Notes under the pieces: generated by a model
Databases searched by the model: none
The model's input: only the letters and a program-made list of their open reading frames with translations
What the model was told of the DNA's origin: nothing
Assembly (NCBI GenBank): GCA_052327205.1
Contig: CM126220.1
Coordinates: forward strand, 48,484,001-48,548,000
DNA length: 64,000 bases
From: Somniosus microcephalus
Taxonomy: Eukaryota
Direction: 5' to 3'
Shown: positions 1 through 12,279 of the stretch, piece by piece
Position numbering within the stretch: the stretch's first letter is position 1
Layout of the letters: the number at the start of each line of letters is the position of its first letter
Position numbers and translations under genes: made by a program

Positions 1-1479
1 CCAAGGCTGTAACGAGGTCTGGTGTCAAGTGGTCCTGGCGGAACCCAAACTGGGCATCAGTGAGCAGGTTATTGATGAGTAAGTGCCGCTTGATAGTACT
101 GTCGATGACACCTTCCATCACTTTGCTGATGATTGAGAGTAGACTGATGCGAAAGTAATTGATCGGATTGGATTTATCCTGCTTTTTGTGAACAGGACAT
201 ACCTGGGCAGTTTTCCACATTGTCGGATAGATGCCAGTGTTATAGCTGTCTTGGACAGCTTGGCTAGAGGCACGGCTAGTTCTGGGGCATAAGTCTTCAG
301 CACAACAGCCGGGATGTTGTCGAGGCCCACAGCCTTTGCTGTATCCAGTGCTTCCAGCCGTTTTTTAATATCACTTGGAGTGAACCGAATTGGCTGAAGA
401 CTGGCTTCTGTGGTGGTATGGACCTCAGGAGGAGGCCGACATGGATCATCCACTCAGCAATTCTGGCTGAAGATGGTGGCAAACAGTTCAGCTTTGTCTT
501 TTGCACACATATGCTAGGCTCCACCATCATTGAGGATGGGGATATTCATGGAGCCTCCTCCTCCCATTAGTTGTTTAATGGTCCACCACCATTCACGACT
601 GGATGTGGCAGGACTGCAGAGCTTTGATCTGATCCGTTGATTGTGGGATTGCTTAGCTCTGTCTATTGCATGCTGCTTCCACTTTTTAGCATGCATTTTT
701 AGGTACACCTGGTGCTGCTCCTGGCATGCTCTTCTACACTCCTTGTTGAACCAGGGTTGGTCCTCTGGCTTGATGGTAATGGTAGAGTGAGGGATATGTT
801 GGGCCATGAGTTTACAGATTGTGGTGAAATACAATTCTGCTGTTGCTGATGGCCCACAGCACCTCAGGGATGCCCAACTTTGAGCTGCTAGATCTGTACT
901 GAATCTATCCCATTTAGCACAGTGGTAGTGCCACACAACACGATGGAGGGTATCCTCAGTGTGAAGACAGGACTTCGTCTCCACAATGGCCGTACGATGG
1001 TCACTGCTACCACTGCTGTCCTGGACAGATGTCTCTGTGACAGGTAGGTTGGTGAGGACGAGGTCAAGTAGGTTTTTCCCCTCATGTTTCTTTGCAGGGC
1101 AAAAGTGGTAAGAAAGACTGGGCGTGTCATTGTCATGTCCATAGCCAGTGCCATGGTCAATGCCGGTTGTTCCATTCGGTTTTATTCTTACTGTTATTTG
1201 TAGTGGCTTGCTAGGCCATTTCAGAGTCAACCACATTGCTGTGGGTCTGGAGTCACATATAGGACAGACTAAGTAAGGACATTAGTGAACCAGATGGGTT
1301 TTTACGACAATCCGATAGCTTCACCATTATTGACAGTAACTTTTTATTCCAGATTGATTTAATTAACTGAATTTAAATTCATCAGCTGCTGTGGTTGAAT
1401 TTGAACTCATCTCTCCAGCTCATTAGCCCAGGCCTGTGGATTACTAGCCCAGTAACATAACCACTATGCTACCATTCCC
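1..1479 (-). mobile_element. 5' portion of a CR1/L2-group non-LTR retrotransposon with a tRNA-like head, internally deleted APE domain, linker and start of RT (runs off the window)
   Basis: Minus ORFs give the APE C-terminus (NLLDLVLTN...GSSDHR), the linker (PWFNKEC, SSREWWWTIKQL) and the pre-RT motif (LDTAKAVGLDNIPAVVLKTYAPELAVPL), with frameshifts. Head at 1479-1200 has an A-box TAGCATAGTGG (1471-1461) and B-box-like GAGTTCAAATTC (1408-1397). Confidence 0.75.
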
Positions 1480-1524
1480 ATGTGGTAAATGAACTGGCGC
1501 ATTTAGTAGATCACTGTACTCACT

Positions 1525-2271
1525 GGGGTAGAGTTTCCACTTTGGGGTCAATCGGCGATTCTGACTCAAATTGCGCCCAAAATTGTGCCCGTTTTAGAAA
1601 GTGTTTTTTTCCCCTCAAGTTTCCACTCACACTGATTTGCATATCACCTAACCCAAAATCTGCCACGAACCAGCGCAATCGGGCAGCGTTTTAAAACGTA
1701 ACTTTAAAAAAAACGTTGCTTTGAAAAAGATTCCTTGATATATTTAAGAGTGGTAACTTGGTAAAGTTTGATTAGTAAAGCTGAAAATGGGTTTATCACA
1801 AAAAATAAGCGTTTTAAATCACAGTGTCAATCCACCACCTGTGAATAACCCGATTTTAAATTACTGTAAATGACTTCTAAAAAATATACAAAACTATTTT
1901 CTAGTTAGATTGGGGTACAGCAGGGAGTTCCATAGTAAATTTTAAAAATAATCATTCAAAACCTGTCCAAATGCACTTATTAGTGTCCTCGCACCCAAAA
2001 ATTCCAGCTTAATTTTTGGCGCCTCCTCGAAGGCATGCAAATGAACGAAATTAGCGGAAACTCCCGATGGTGATTAATTCACCCTGGGGGCGTGGTCGGT
2101 TTTGTGGCAGGGCCTGCTTCCAGCGTGATGTTTTTAAAACTAGTGCAAAAGGTTACGGCAACTCGAGTTGCATAGTTATGCTTAAAATTCTGCAATCTTT
2201 TGCGCCAGTTACGCCGATATCGGGGGAATTGCGGCGAAAAAACCAGCGCAACTGAGCGGAAACTCCAGGCC
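1525..2271. mobile_element. Non-autonomous TIR element (Harbinger-like)
   Basis: Imperfect TIRs: GGGGTAGAGTTTCCACT versus reverse complement of right end GGCCTGGAGTTTCCGCT. CpG-rich ends, AT-rich core. Confidence 0.55.
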
Positions 2272-2425
2272 ACGATCTTTATATCAAAGCTCACTATGAT
2301 TGAAATCAAATCAAAATCTTCTTGAAATGAAAATCAAGTACTTTAGCATCTGAAAGAGGAAAGACATTTTCATGTTCAGGGTAATATCCTTCAAAAGAAG
2401 ATTGTCACCATAATTGGTTTTTTAA

Positions 2426-3047
2426 ATTCGTTTATGGGATCAGGGCATCGCTGGCAAGACCAGCATTTATTGCCCATCCCTAATTGCCCTTGAGAAGGTG
2501 GTGGTGAGCCACCTTCTTGAACCGCTGCAGTCCGTGTGGTGATGGTACTCCCTCAGTGCTGTTAGGTAGGGAGTTCCAGGATTTTGACCCAGCGACGATG
2601 AAGGATCGGTGATATACTTCTAAGTCAGGATGGTGTGTGACTTGGAGGGGAACTTGGAGGTGGTGGTGTTCCCATGTGCCTGCTGCCCTTGTCCTTCTAG
2701 GTGGTAGAGGTTGCAGGTTTGGGAGGTGCTGCCGAAGAAGACTTGGCGAGTTGCGGCAGTGCATCTTGTAGATGGTACACACTGCAGCCACAGTACACTG
2801 GTGGTGGAGGGAGTGAATGTTTAAGGTGGTGGATGGGGTGCCAATCAGGCGGGCTGCTTTGTCCTGGATGGTGTTGAGCATCTTGAGTGCTGTTGGAGCT
2901 GCACTCATCCAGGCAAGTGGAGAATATTCCATCACACTCCTTACTTGTGCCTTGTAGATGGTGGAAATGCTTTGGGGAATCAGGAGGTGAGACACTCGCC
3001 ACAGAATACCTAGCCTCTGAGCTGCTCTTGTTGCCACAGTATTTATA
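2426..3047 (-). mobile_element. 3' end of a CR1/L2-group LINE (C-terminus of ORF2 plus 3' UTR)
   Basis: ORF 2480-3037 (IYKAQVRSVMEYSPLAW...SWNSLP...HHHLLKGN) and tail GGGATGGGCAATAAATGCTGG; near-identical copy at 34068-34471. Confidence 0.85.
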
Positions 3048-3428
3048 AAGTGTCTTGTTATTTGTCACCTTATCTTAAATTATCAGGTGGAAAACTAGTA
3101 TCTATGCTCCTTTGGAAGGAAATAGGTGGCATCTACAAACATCTCCCAGATGAGATGCCTAGTGAAGGAGGTTCAGAGGTAAGACAACCCTCGAACAGAT
3201 TCAGTAAGCCATTAACTGAACCAGTGGGTTCTGCAGCACTCCAGGGCACTGTTGATGATTGACCAGTCAGTCAGACTCAGTAATGGAAGGGTACACTTGT
3301 TACTGGAGGTTGGGATTCTTCAAACTCAGCTCCAGATAACCTTGCAAGTCAATGCCAAAGGATGGTCCTAGCTGGATAAGCAGCAGGAAGCTTACCAGTG
3401 CTTTGTAGCGGCAAACTGAAGATTTCAA

Positions 3429-4137
3429 GGGCTAGATTTTCAGTATAGACAGTTTTGGGGTGCTAACCTTAGCGCCCGCCCGAAGTTAGCGCCCGCCCCA
3501 AAGTAGCGCCCCGTTGCCGGAAATTCAGTGGCTTCGCCCTAAGAGGTTGGTGGAGCGCTAAAAGAGGCGTTCCACTACTATCTTTAGGTGCTAAGCCGGC
3601 GGTGCAGAGCGCAACGCCCGAGCTCGGGCGCAGCGCACGGCAAACACTCTGGTGCCAGTGAGCTCTTAAAGGGGAAGGGTGCATGTGTTCTTTTCAAAGA
3701 AGGAGGAGGAGGAGGAGGAGGAGGAGGAGGAGGTGGTGGTGGCCGGAAACATAAATACACCGTTCACAACAACACACTGGATCCTTCCACACAACACATG
3801 CAGACTGTCGTTTATAGTGCAGGAGGAGTGCCCTTTAATTTGCGCTCCCCAGGGTGTGTTGCGTTCCATTTTACAAACGCTCTGGATGCCAGCCGCACAA
3901 TGGGGCGGTCCGACTGAAGTTTGGATTCGGGGCGGCCAAAGGGCGTTGCACGAGGATGTGACGTCATTTTCTGCGCGCGCATCCAGGCGGCCGCTAAACT
4001 TTGCGCCGGCGCTAACGGGCAACTTAATTTGGGGCGGGGCGCAAACTGCACTGCGCCCGGGCGCTACACGCATAGCGCCCGAAAATCACTTCTCTTAAGG
4101 CGCTAACTGCTGGCGCAAGCAACTGAAAATCTAGCCC
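3429..4137. mobile_element. Non-autonomous TIR element with 3-bp TSD (PIF/Harbinger-like)
   Basis: Perfect TIR GGGCTAGATTTTCAGT...ACTGAAAATCTAGCCC, flanked by CAA on both sides; GCGCCC subterminal repeats; TGACGTCA at 3959. Confidence 0.8.
3701..3742 (+). repeat. (GGA)n/(GGT)n microsatellite inside the TIR element
   Basis: Direct reading; explains the poly-E/G/S spurious ORFs. Confidence 0.95.
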
Positions 4138-4580
4138 CAACTGTTTAAACTCAAGCAGTGCCCTTGCGCACACTTGAGTCCTTAAACTTTAGCTATGCCA
4201 ACCTGCCCCTAAGCTGTCTGAATTTAGGTAAGTTGGTGAGTCCCTATGGGGAGAGCATGTGCACTCTTTATTGGGCATAAAGGAATTCTACATGTAGGTT
4301 TCTCCATAACTTGCTCAGAATTTGAGGTGTGGTTTTGTGTGTATCAGATATTTTTCAAAATACAATCATCACATGTTAACTTTACAAAAAAGTTTTGCTC
4401 TCTTAACTAGTTCCATTTGGGTTCTGTAAATTATCACATTTTGAATGGTCATGTTATTTCCCAAAAGCAATCGCCATTTCTTAATTTTCGATTAGGTTTA
4501 TCACAATGGGAGTGAAATTTGGCATGACCAATTTTTTCTAATGGCAGAACCATGCCCAGAAATTGTTGTGTTCTTTGGGT

Positions 4581-4653
4581 CAATGGCTAGCTCAGTCAGT
4601 AGAGCATGAGACTCTTAATCTCAGCGTCGTGGGTTCGGGCCCCACACAGGTCG
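4581..4653 (+). pseudogene. tRNA-Lys(CTT)-derived pseudogene / SINE head
   Basis: 4585-4645 GGCTAGCTCAGTCAGTAGAGCATGAGACTCTTAATCTCAGCGTCGTGGGTTCGGGCCCCAC closely follows vertebrate tRNA-Lys-CTT (anticodon 4614-4616). Acceptor stem broken; followed by a CR1-type tail to ~4737. Confidence 0.8.
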
Positions 4654-5753
4654 TTTAGTGTCCCAGCACAGACACAATGGGTTGATGGACTGAATGGCCT
4701 CCTTCTGTACAGTAAATTTCTAGGTCTCTATGATTCTGGGAATGGAAGTTACAAGTTTCCAAGATCTGTTTCCGTTGTCATAGACGGAACAGCAATGGAG
4801 TCTACAAAACACCAAGTTAGATCATTAACTGAGGCTACTGATACAATCTGAGGTGCCACATTTCAATTACTGCACACTTCAGAAATCAGCTGATCATGGT
4901 CAGCCTAAAAATTCAGCTCAAAACTGGCATGAAGGGGCTAAAGTTTTTGCCAAATTCAGCAGCAATGAATTTTGTTCTTGGTAGCTGCTATCATCCTTTC
5001 AGGTGAGGATTAGAAAGTAAGGGAATTTCAAGAGAAGCCGATTGTCACTTATTTCAGTTAAAGAAATTCCTTGGGTAAAGTTGAATAATGTCTAGTTGAT
5101 AGCAAGTCACACATAATCACCCATCGAAACAACCTAGCACCTATAGAAATGTTACACAGCCTTTTACATCGCAATATCTTGGCCTGACTATTAATAGAAA
5201 CCTCTTCTCCATTTAATCAGTGCTTGTAACTGAAAAGCTTTGATGCTAAGGTACTTTGACTGATCAAATCAAATCCTATCTTGCACTCTATCATCAAGCA
5301 CCTAGAAATACCATTTACTTCAACAACTTTATACCATTTATAGAAAAAGTCAACAATCAAGTGGACAACTTGTTGTACTGTTGGTTTGGTCAAGATATTC
5401 TTCATATTGGTCCAAAATTGCACTGTTTAGAAAGTCATAACCTGCTTGATTGTGATTGGTATGAGAAGTATTGATCACAAATCATATCTAATAGATGATT
5501 ACAGCTTCGGCAGAGCGATTGTGTTCACCGGTTTCAATGTACTGATTGAGAGTAAACAGCATCAAACCAAGTTGAAAACCAAAAATTTTTATTCATAAAC
5601 TATAGAAACGTAAACCATTTCAGGCTTGTTTGTATCTGACCTGTTCCATGGCTTCGTGCAAGTACAGAAATAGAAAATGTTTCTGTCTACTCCTGGAACT
5701 CTCTTTTTGCCAGTCGTTGCCATGATGTCTTTACCAGTCATTGGAGGGACTAT

Positions 5754-5913
5754 GGGGTAGATTTTCAACTTGCTGTCCAGGTGTAAAACTGGCATTGTGG
5801 ATCAGCTGCCCTTTATAGAAACTGCCTGGCTTTCATTTCGGGTGGTTTCTAGAATGTGCTGAAGATCTGTAATGCCAGTTTTACACCTGTGCGGCAAATT
5901 AAAAATCTACCCC
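5754..5913. mobile_element. 160-bp fold-back MITE
   Basis: 50-bp arms GGGGTAGATTTT...GATC match 42/50 as an inverted repeat; same terminal motif class as 3429. Confidence 0.8.
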
Positions 5914-7112
5914 ATGTGTCTTTTCCCAAAGTGGGTACCTGTATTCCTTGAAAGTCGAATGGTGAAAGTACATCAAATCAGGTAAGCATGCTTACATTTG
6001 TTTCTTTTTAATGTCTAAAAAAAGGAGTAGCTTTACCATTTTGAGCACTAACTGGGGAAGGTTTCCTTTATGTGCTATATGTAATAAATCACAAACTTTC
6101 TTTTAAATTGGGTATACAATTTAATTGCACATAATGCAAAGAGGAACTCTTCCCCTTGTCTTTTGGCTATTAACTTTTTTATGCCTCTTTCTTACCCGAC
6201 ACTCCTTTTTAAAACTATTAAGGAAAAGGAATTATTAAATCTACAATCACTTCATTCTTTTGAGAGTCAACTGTGTGGAATTTTCTCTTTGTCTCTGTGT
6301 TTGGTATTTAAATGTGATTTCTAGCTAACCATAATAATTGAAAAGTGGCTGAGAAAAATAAACACCTGCAGCAATTAATTCTTTGTGTGCTGAAGAATAT
6401 TTTCAGCTTTTAACAACAAAATATTGTAGTTATTCTTTTACAAAGATTATACAGGACATTAAAAATGAAAAGGCCCTTTACTTTGAGTTGATCAAGATAT
6501 GCTCCACAGTAAGTCCTGCAGTCAGCTCAACCCATTCTATTCTTTCCCAAATAACAGTGCACGGATCATACCATTCAGGACTTGAAAGAAAACATAGGGA
6601 TATCCTGTTCGGAGCTGATTTTCCTGAAGCATTTATTTATGCACAAAATAATCATACAAAATGAGGATAATGACTAAAAACATAACGGGATTTTAAAAGC
6701 ACAGTGCAGCTTTGAAGTCAAATGTACAGTTTGAGTAGGAATCATTGGAAGGGCCCAATAAAACAACAATAAAGATGTTCATTTAGTATTTTGGAGCTTT
6801 TGCTCAATTTGTTTTGTGGGTGGGTGAGGGGATTTTCAGAATGATTTATCTTGAAGCCATTTCCTTCGTTAGTTCGACTTCTTCTAAAGATTGAGCGAAC
6901 CCACAGCAGCACGAAATGCGAGTGTCACTTTCGAAGAAACAACTTTGATGGACTGATTGATCTTTTCTTTGTTTGGGCTTTCCTATGTTCCTTTGCTTAA
7001 AGTAATCCTAAGGCTATGAACTGAGATGCTTTGATGGAAATGATACATTTTCAGATCATTCATAATCAGGACAAATGATTTTTTTTTTATCTCCGTGTCC
7101 ACTCAGATGTTT

Positions 7113-7225
7113 AAAGAAAGAAAGACTTGCATTTATATAGTGCCTTTCACGACCACCGGACATCACAAAGCGCTTTACAGCCAATGAAGTACTTTTGAAG
7201 TGGAGTCTCTGTTGTAATGTGGGAA
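7113..7225 (-). mobile_element. 3' tail fragment of a Deu-type SINE / L2
   Basis: GAAAGAAAGACTTGCATTTATATAGTGCCTTTCA, the reverse complement of the tail at 35270-35305. Confidence 0.8.
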
Positions 7226-8216
7226 TGTTTACTGTTTTGGGGACTTATTATGTAAAATTATCAGATTGAGACAGCAAATCATGCTACATGAGCCACGTAT
7301 GGTAATTCACAGGACTTGTGGTGGGACGTTGCTCTGTGACAAATTATTTGCCCCATTACTACTGACATAAGTATCAGTTCTTGAGAAAATATTCCTTGCA
7401 AAGGAATATCCTTACTAACTGGCATCAGCTGTAGGAATATGCTTCCCCTTCCAAAAATAAAAATCAATCCCAATATGAGAATAGACTTTTGACATCAGTG
7501 AGAATATACTTGACCCTGCTTTGCAGGACATCCCAGAAGTCCACATTCATCTTTTTCCAGCTCTGCATTTATCTTGTGTAACATTCCAACAATAAAATGG
7601 ATTGGTAGAATTTTTAGAAAGTGAAGTGCATCATCCATCAAAAAGAGAAATTCTTTGATGAGCTTGTCAAACAAGACATGATTCTCAGAACGTTTAACAT
7701 CTATTTGTTGATCTTAGGACTGTTTATATGCACACATCACATGTGTAGAGCAAGTGAGTGCATCCATGTTATTGTGAAGCTAGCTATAGCCCAAAGATTC
7801 ATTCTTTCATTCTCTGTTCTGTATATTTGATGATCAAATGCTTGTTGGGACATGATGGTTGCTGTACCACTGGAGCTGGGGGTGGGGTGGGGTGGAGGAT
7901 GGTGAGAGGGCGAACAGGGAAAGGTCGCTGTCTGTTGAGTACACCAGGCAGAGTTGGACACTCTGGTTACCTTTGAGGGAGGATTTTTTATGCAGAATCT
8001 TAAAAGGAGACAATCACCATGCAGTCCATTATAAGGGAAACTGTATACACAATGGAGGAAGTGGGCTTGATGGGATAAATGGCCTTACATCATCCCCATA
8101 TTTTCTTGCATTCTTTTAACAGGAGCTTGTATTATGCTGTTGGAAGTTATATCAGGATCACTGGTAAATTGTTGAAGTTTGGAATATAATGTGTCGCACA
8201 TTTTGTTAGAGATAAT

Positions 8217-9012
8217 GGCCCAGAATTTGCGGTCAGCGGTGAAGCAAAGGTGTTTGCCGCTGGCCCCAAAGTAAGCTTCGCACAAAGATCTCGTGGTCTC
8301 TGTATCGAGAGAAGTTTGGGATTTCCGCCGTGTAATTCAAATCAGTGGAGTATAGTGGGGATCCCCTAGTGTGAGCTACTTTGATGTCAACAAGCTGTCT
8401 AAGCAGCCAATCAAAATGCAGAATTCTCACAGACCGCAAACAAGGAAGTGGGTAAACTTTTAAAATTCTAACGTTTTAAAAATGTTAGAGAGAGCAAAAC
8501 AAATATTGGGATTCTCACATGGGGAAAAGGCAAGCCTGAAATAAAGATATATATATTTTTTTCAGTTTCTTAAAAATTTTAATTTTTATTAAAATGGATA
8601 AATTTGACACTGCTCAAAATTAAAATGAGTTTTTCAGGGCCATAACCTTTGATTAGCAGTCAATACGCTGTTAAAACCCCAGTTACACCAATCCCTTTGG
8701 GTCTAACATTTAGTGGGAAATTTAACAGTGTAATTACTGCGGAAGAGCCAAAGTTTTCATCAGTTTCCATGATTTGTGAGATTTCACTGATTGTCGGCTC
8801 TGTGGGGCAGATGGGGTTAGGGAGGTTGGCGGGGTGAGGGGTGGGGGTGGCACAACGCAGCCTGTGGAGGAGCAGTGAATGACAGTCCGCAACTTCAGGA
8901 TTTCCGCGTTAGGCTGCATGTGCGCTAAATCCAGAAGTTGCGGTCCATTTCAATGACTGAATGATGGTGAATGCTGCCAGCTCGCCATCATCTGGACTGC
9001 AAATTCCGGGTC
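8217..9012. mobile_element. Non-autonomous TIR element (Harbinger-like), same family as 23870-24646
   Basis: TIR GGCCCAGAATTTGCGGTC versus reverse complement of right end GACCCGGAATTTGCAGTC; internal 8380-8450 matches the reverse complement of 24420-24483. Confidence 0.75.
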
Positions 9013-9530
9013 AAAATGTTGTTTTACTCAGAAATGTTGTAGCATTTTAATAATCTCTCATTTATATCTTGATAGCTAATACTTTAATCAGCTCCCTGAT
9101 ATTTTCCTCCCCAGATTGAAGCTATTCTTACATTATAGGCTCTGTTCTCAAGCCACTGGTGCTTCTGCAACGATGGACTTTTCTATTTATCTTCCTGGAT
9201 CACTATTGCACGCTTTATTTTTGCACAACACTGATCTGTCTACAACATTGTAAAAGTGGAAACACAATAATTCTGATGCACATGGTCTTGTCAAACTTTG
9301 TAAAAGTTGCTGGTCATGATTTTCCCTCCTGTTACTGTAAATCAGGAAATTTACAAGAGGATTTCATTTTTTTGTGGGTTTCGCATCTGCCGTTTTGTCC
9401 TTTGCAAATGTTTTGCATGGTACAATAGCAGAGGTCAAAGGTGACCTGGTGCTAAATTAAAGCCACACAAATGTTTAGTTGAGCTCACTCAAAACATTAG
9501 CTTGGAGGTTCACTCAATTTATGGCATATT

Positions 9531-10227
9531 GGCCTATAAATTCGGTGACGCCCCGCCAGCACGTTTGCGCCGGAAATTTAGCGCCCGCCGCCGAGCCAGT
9601 TGTGCCCGCCCCAAATTCACTTTCAGCGCCCCAAAGTGGAAGCGGGCGCTGGTACAGGGTGTGCCCGCCCCGCTTGGGGCGCTGAAAGTGAATTTCAGCG
9701 CTGCCGGTCCCGCTGCGCCACCCGATGCGGAGCGGCAGGCTGCTGTACTGCAGGCCTCCCCCTTCTCTTAAGGGGGAGGTGCCTGCAACGGCCGGAGCCC
9801 CGTTGAAAGTGCCGGCAAAAGAGCCCGGCACAACGGCGAAGTGCCGGGCTCCACGGAAACCAGCCGGCAATGCCGCGGGGGGGGGGGTGGAGGAGGCCGG
9901 GGAAGGAGGTGCGGGCAGGCGGCCGCCGAAAAAGCGGCCGGCCGCACCTCCGCTTTAAATAGCGCCTCTAAGGCTGCAGCACGGCCAGGTTTTCAAAACG
10001 TTGTTAGCGGCCGCCAGGGAAGAGGCAGCCGCTACTGAAGATGGGGATCGGCGTGGTTTCGGGCGGTACCGGGGCGCTGCGCACACCGATGACGTCATCG
10101 GTGCCGGCGCAGCGCTACCGGCTTACGCCGATTTAAAGGCCCACCTAATTTCAGCGGCGACGCAACTTCCGGCGCAACCCACTCTTGCGCCCCTAAATGG
10201 GCGCAAACCCAAGGGAATTTCTAGGCC
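9531..10227. mobile_element. GC/CpG-rich non-autonomous TIR element (Harbinger-like)
   Basis: TIR GGCCTATAAATTC / GAATTTCTAGGCC; GCGCCC repeats; perfect 20-bp palindrome CACCGATGACGTCATCGGTG at 10084-10103. Confidence 0.75.
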
Positions 10228-11997
10228 TTTATGTGATCTGTCTAGTTTCGTACAATGCTCTTGTGGAGCTCTGTTTTTCTGGACAATCTTTCAGTTACCC
10301 ACCACTCTGCTCATAAGTTAGCTTTGTCCTCAGCTCTTCATGATTTAAAAATGAATTTGTTCTACAATGGTAGCTCAGAATGGGTCACCATCTAATGTCC
10401 CCTCCCCTCCATCATGAAGCACTCCCTGACATTGAATCTGTTCTTCCCCACTACCATGCTTGCGATCTGGACCATCTGAGGTACGACAGTGCATTGCAAC
10501 ACTGTGCCAACTTCCATCTATTTTTAATTCCAACAGTACCTGTGATTACCTGGATATACTGCAGCAGATCCACACGGGTGTGATCAGAATGCACTCACAC
10601 CATTTAAAGGCAATTTATGCATAAAGAGCCACACACAATGAATTTTAAAGGCAATTGAGAAAAGATTTTAAGAATACTACCATGTTTTGCTTGGCAAAAT
10701 CAAAGTTGGTGGTAAAACTATCTAAAGTGGTTTAAGAATGGTGCCCATAGATTCTGAGAGACAGATAATCGGCTCCAATATCCACAAGCATAGTTTTGCA
10801 GCCAGCCCACAGAATATAGCCGAATACAGCAAGTACGGTCACAATCCAATACACGCTGTCTGCCTACGCTGCTGTTTCAGTACTGCTCATATTTTATTGT
10901 TCCTACTGTGGAAAGAAAAACTGAAGTGATGTCTCTTACAAAGGCCCACTGCCGACATTTGATTTGATGTATAAGGAATTCTTCAGATAAACACTGCACA
11001 AAGACAAAACGTTATCAGTATTGAGAAGAGGTAGTCCAAAGGAAATACTATGCAGACAATCTTCCTTAAATTGCACTGCATATTTATGTAGCAAAATGGA
11101 TTGGAAACTCAGTTTCAATTAATGTGATTTATGAGCTCAGTGATTTGTTGGATGTTGTACATGAACCAGAAGATGTGCTATCTGACAAAAATTGCTTAAT
11201 TTAATATCCTGCCTTGACTGGCCTTCTACTTCTCATCTCACTCATGCTTCGCCAGCACGCTGATTTTACTTACGCCAGTCGACTTTAGAGTTTTTAATTG
11301 GCTCGTGCTAAACTGGATTATCCAATGGCTATTACCGAATAGACTGTCAAAAATATCTCTTACTCCTATAATGAATATTTTAAATGGAACAGGCAAAGAA
11401 GCAAAAGCTAGTCGTACTTATAAGCCGTACGTCTTCAACATTCACCGCAAATATTTTTATTAAGTTTATCCTAAACATTAAAGAATGCAAGGGCCCAGTG
11501 CCTAGAGGAATTCCAGTATATTATGGAAAGATTACATGTATGCAGACACAGGAAGGCAAGTAAAAGCTGCTGATAAGCAGGCAAACTTGTGTGAGAGAGG
11601 GGAAGAGAGAAATGCAGGAAAACTAAGGACACTGGGAAAAAGTATACTGGTCCTGAAATTATGCCATTGGTTGTGTTTGACTGAAATTTATTTCACCATT
11701 GTTTTAATGGACGCATTAACCCATTTATTTTAAAACTGGTTATTGACGCTGTTGAAATAGCAGAAAGGCATTTCAGATAAGTGTAGCAAGAGTCTGTCAG
11801 CTAGTATCCCACGACTTCATTTCAGGGATATAACCTATACGGAAAGATCTGATCACGATCTGGATAAACAGAAATTATGACTATTTTGCTGTAATTTTGG
11901 ATACCTTTTTTCCTGTGTGAACGTAAGTGAGTTTTATCTCTAGCTATCTTCTTGGAATGTTAATATTTGTGTGTATACAGAAACATCGACAGTAAAG

Positions 11998-12135
11998 CAG
12001 TGTTGTCCAATACATTTGCTATTAGTTACATGTGGCTAATTGGGAATCCAGAAGTGACTAATTGTATTTTTGATTAGTAAATAAAAATGGGTAATGGAGA
12101 CAATTGTTGGGCATGTGATATCAATACTCATAGTC
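11998..12135 (+). mobile_element. hAT/Charlie-like transposon terminus remnant
   Basis: CAGTGTTGTCCAA...TAGTTACATGTGGCTA resembles Charlie1/MER3-type ends; diverged second copy at 29097-29230. Confidence 0.5.
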
Positions 12136-12279
12136 TCACGCGTATGCATGTGCACTTTTACCTTTTTGTGCATTTGTTGGTAAAATGGTAAGATGAAAGT
12201 AGACTGTGCGAGTGTTTTTTAATTGTGTGTGTTTTACTTCCTTGGTTACTGTTTCTTGGTTACCTGTTAAAATGGTGTG

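Noticed and set aside
3469-4106. Overlapping ORFs with poly-E/G/S
   Set aside because: Artefacts of a GC-rich TIR element and a (GGA)n microsatellite.
4581-4653. Functional tRNA-Lys gene
   Set aside because: The acceptor stem cannot pair, D- and T-loop consensus bases are altered, and a LINE tail follows instead of a clean terminator.
9479-10321. CpG island / gene promoter with many ORFs
   Set aside because: The GC-rich block is bounded exactly by TIRs; the ORFs are low-complexity with no recognisable domain or exon structure.
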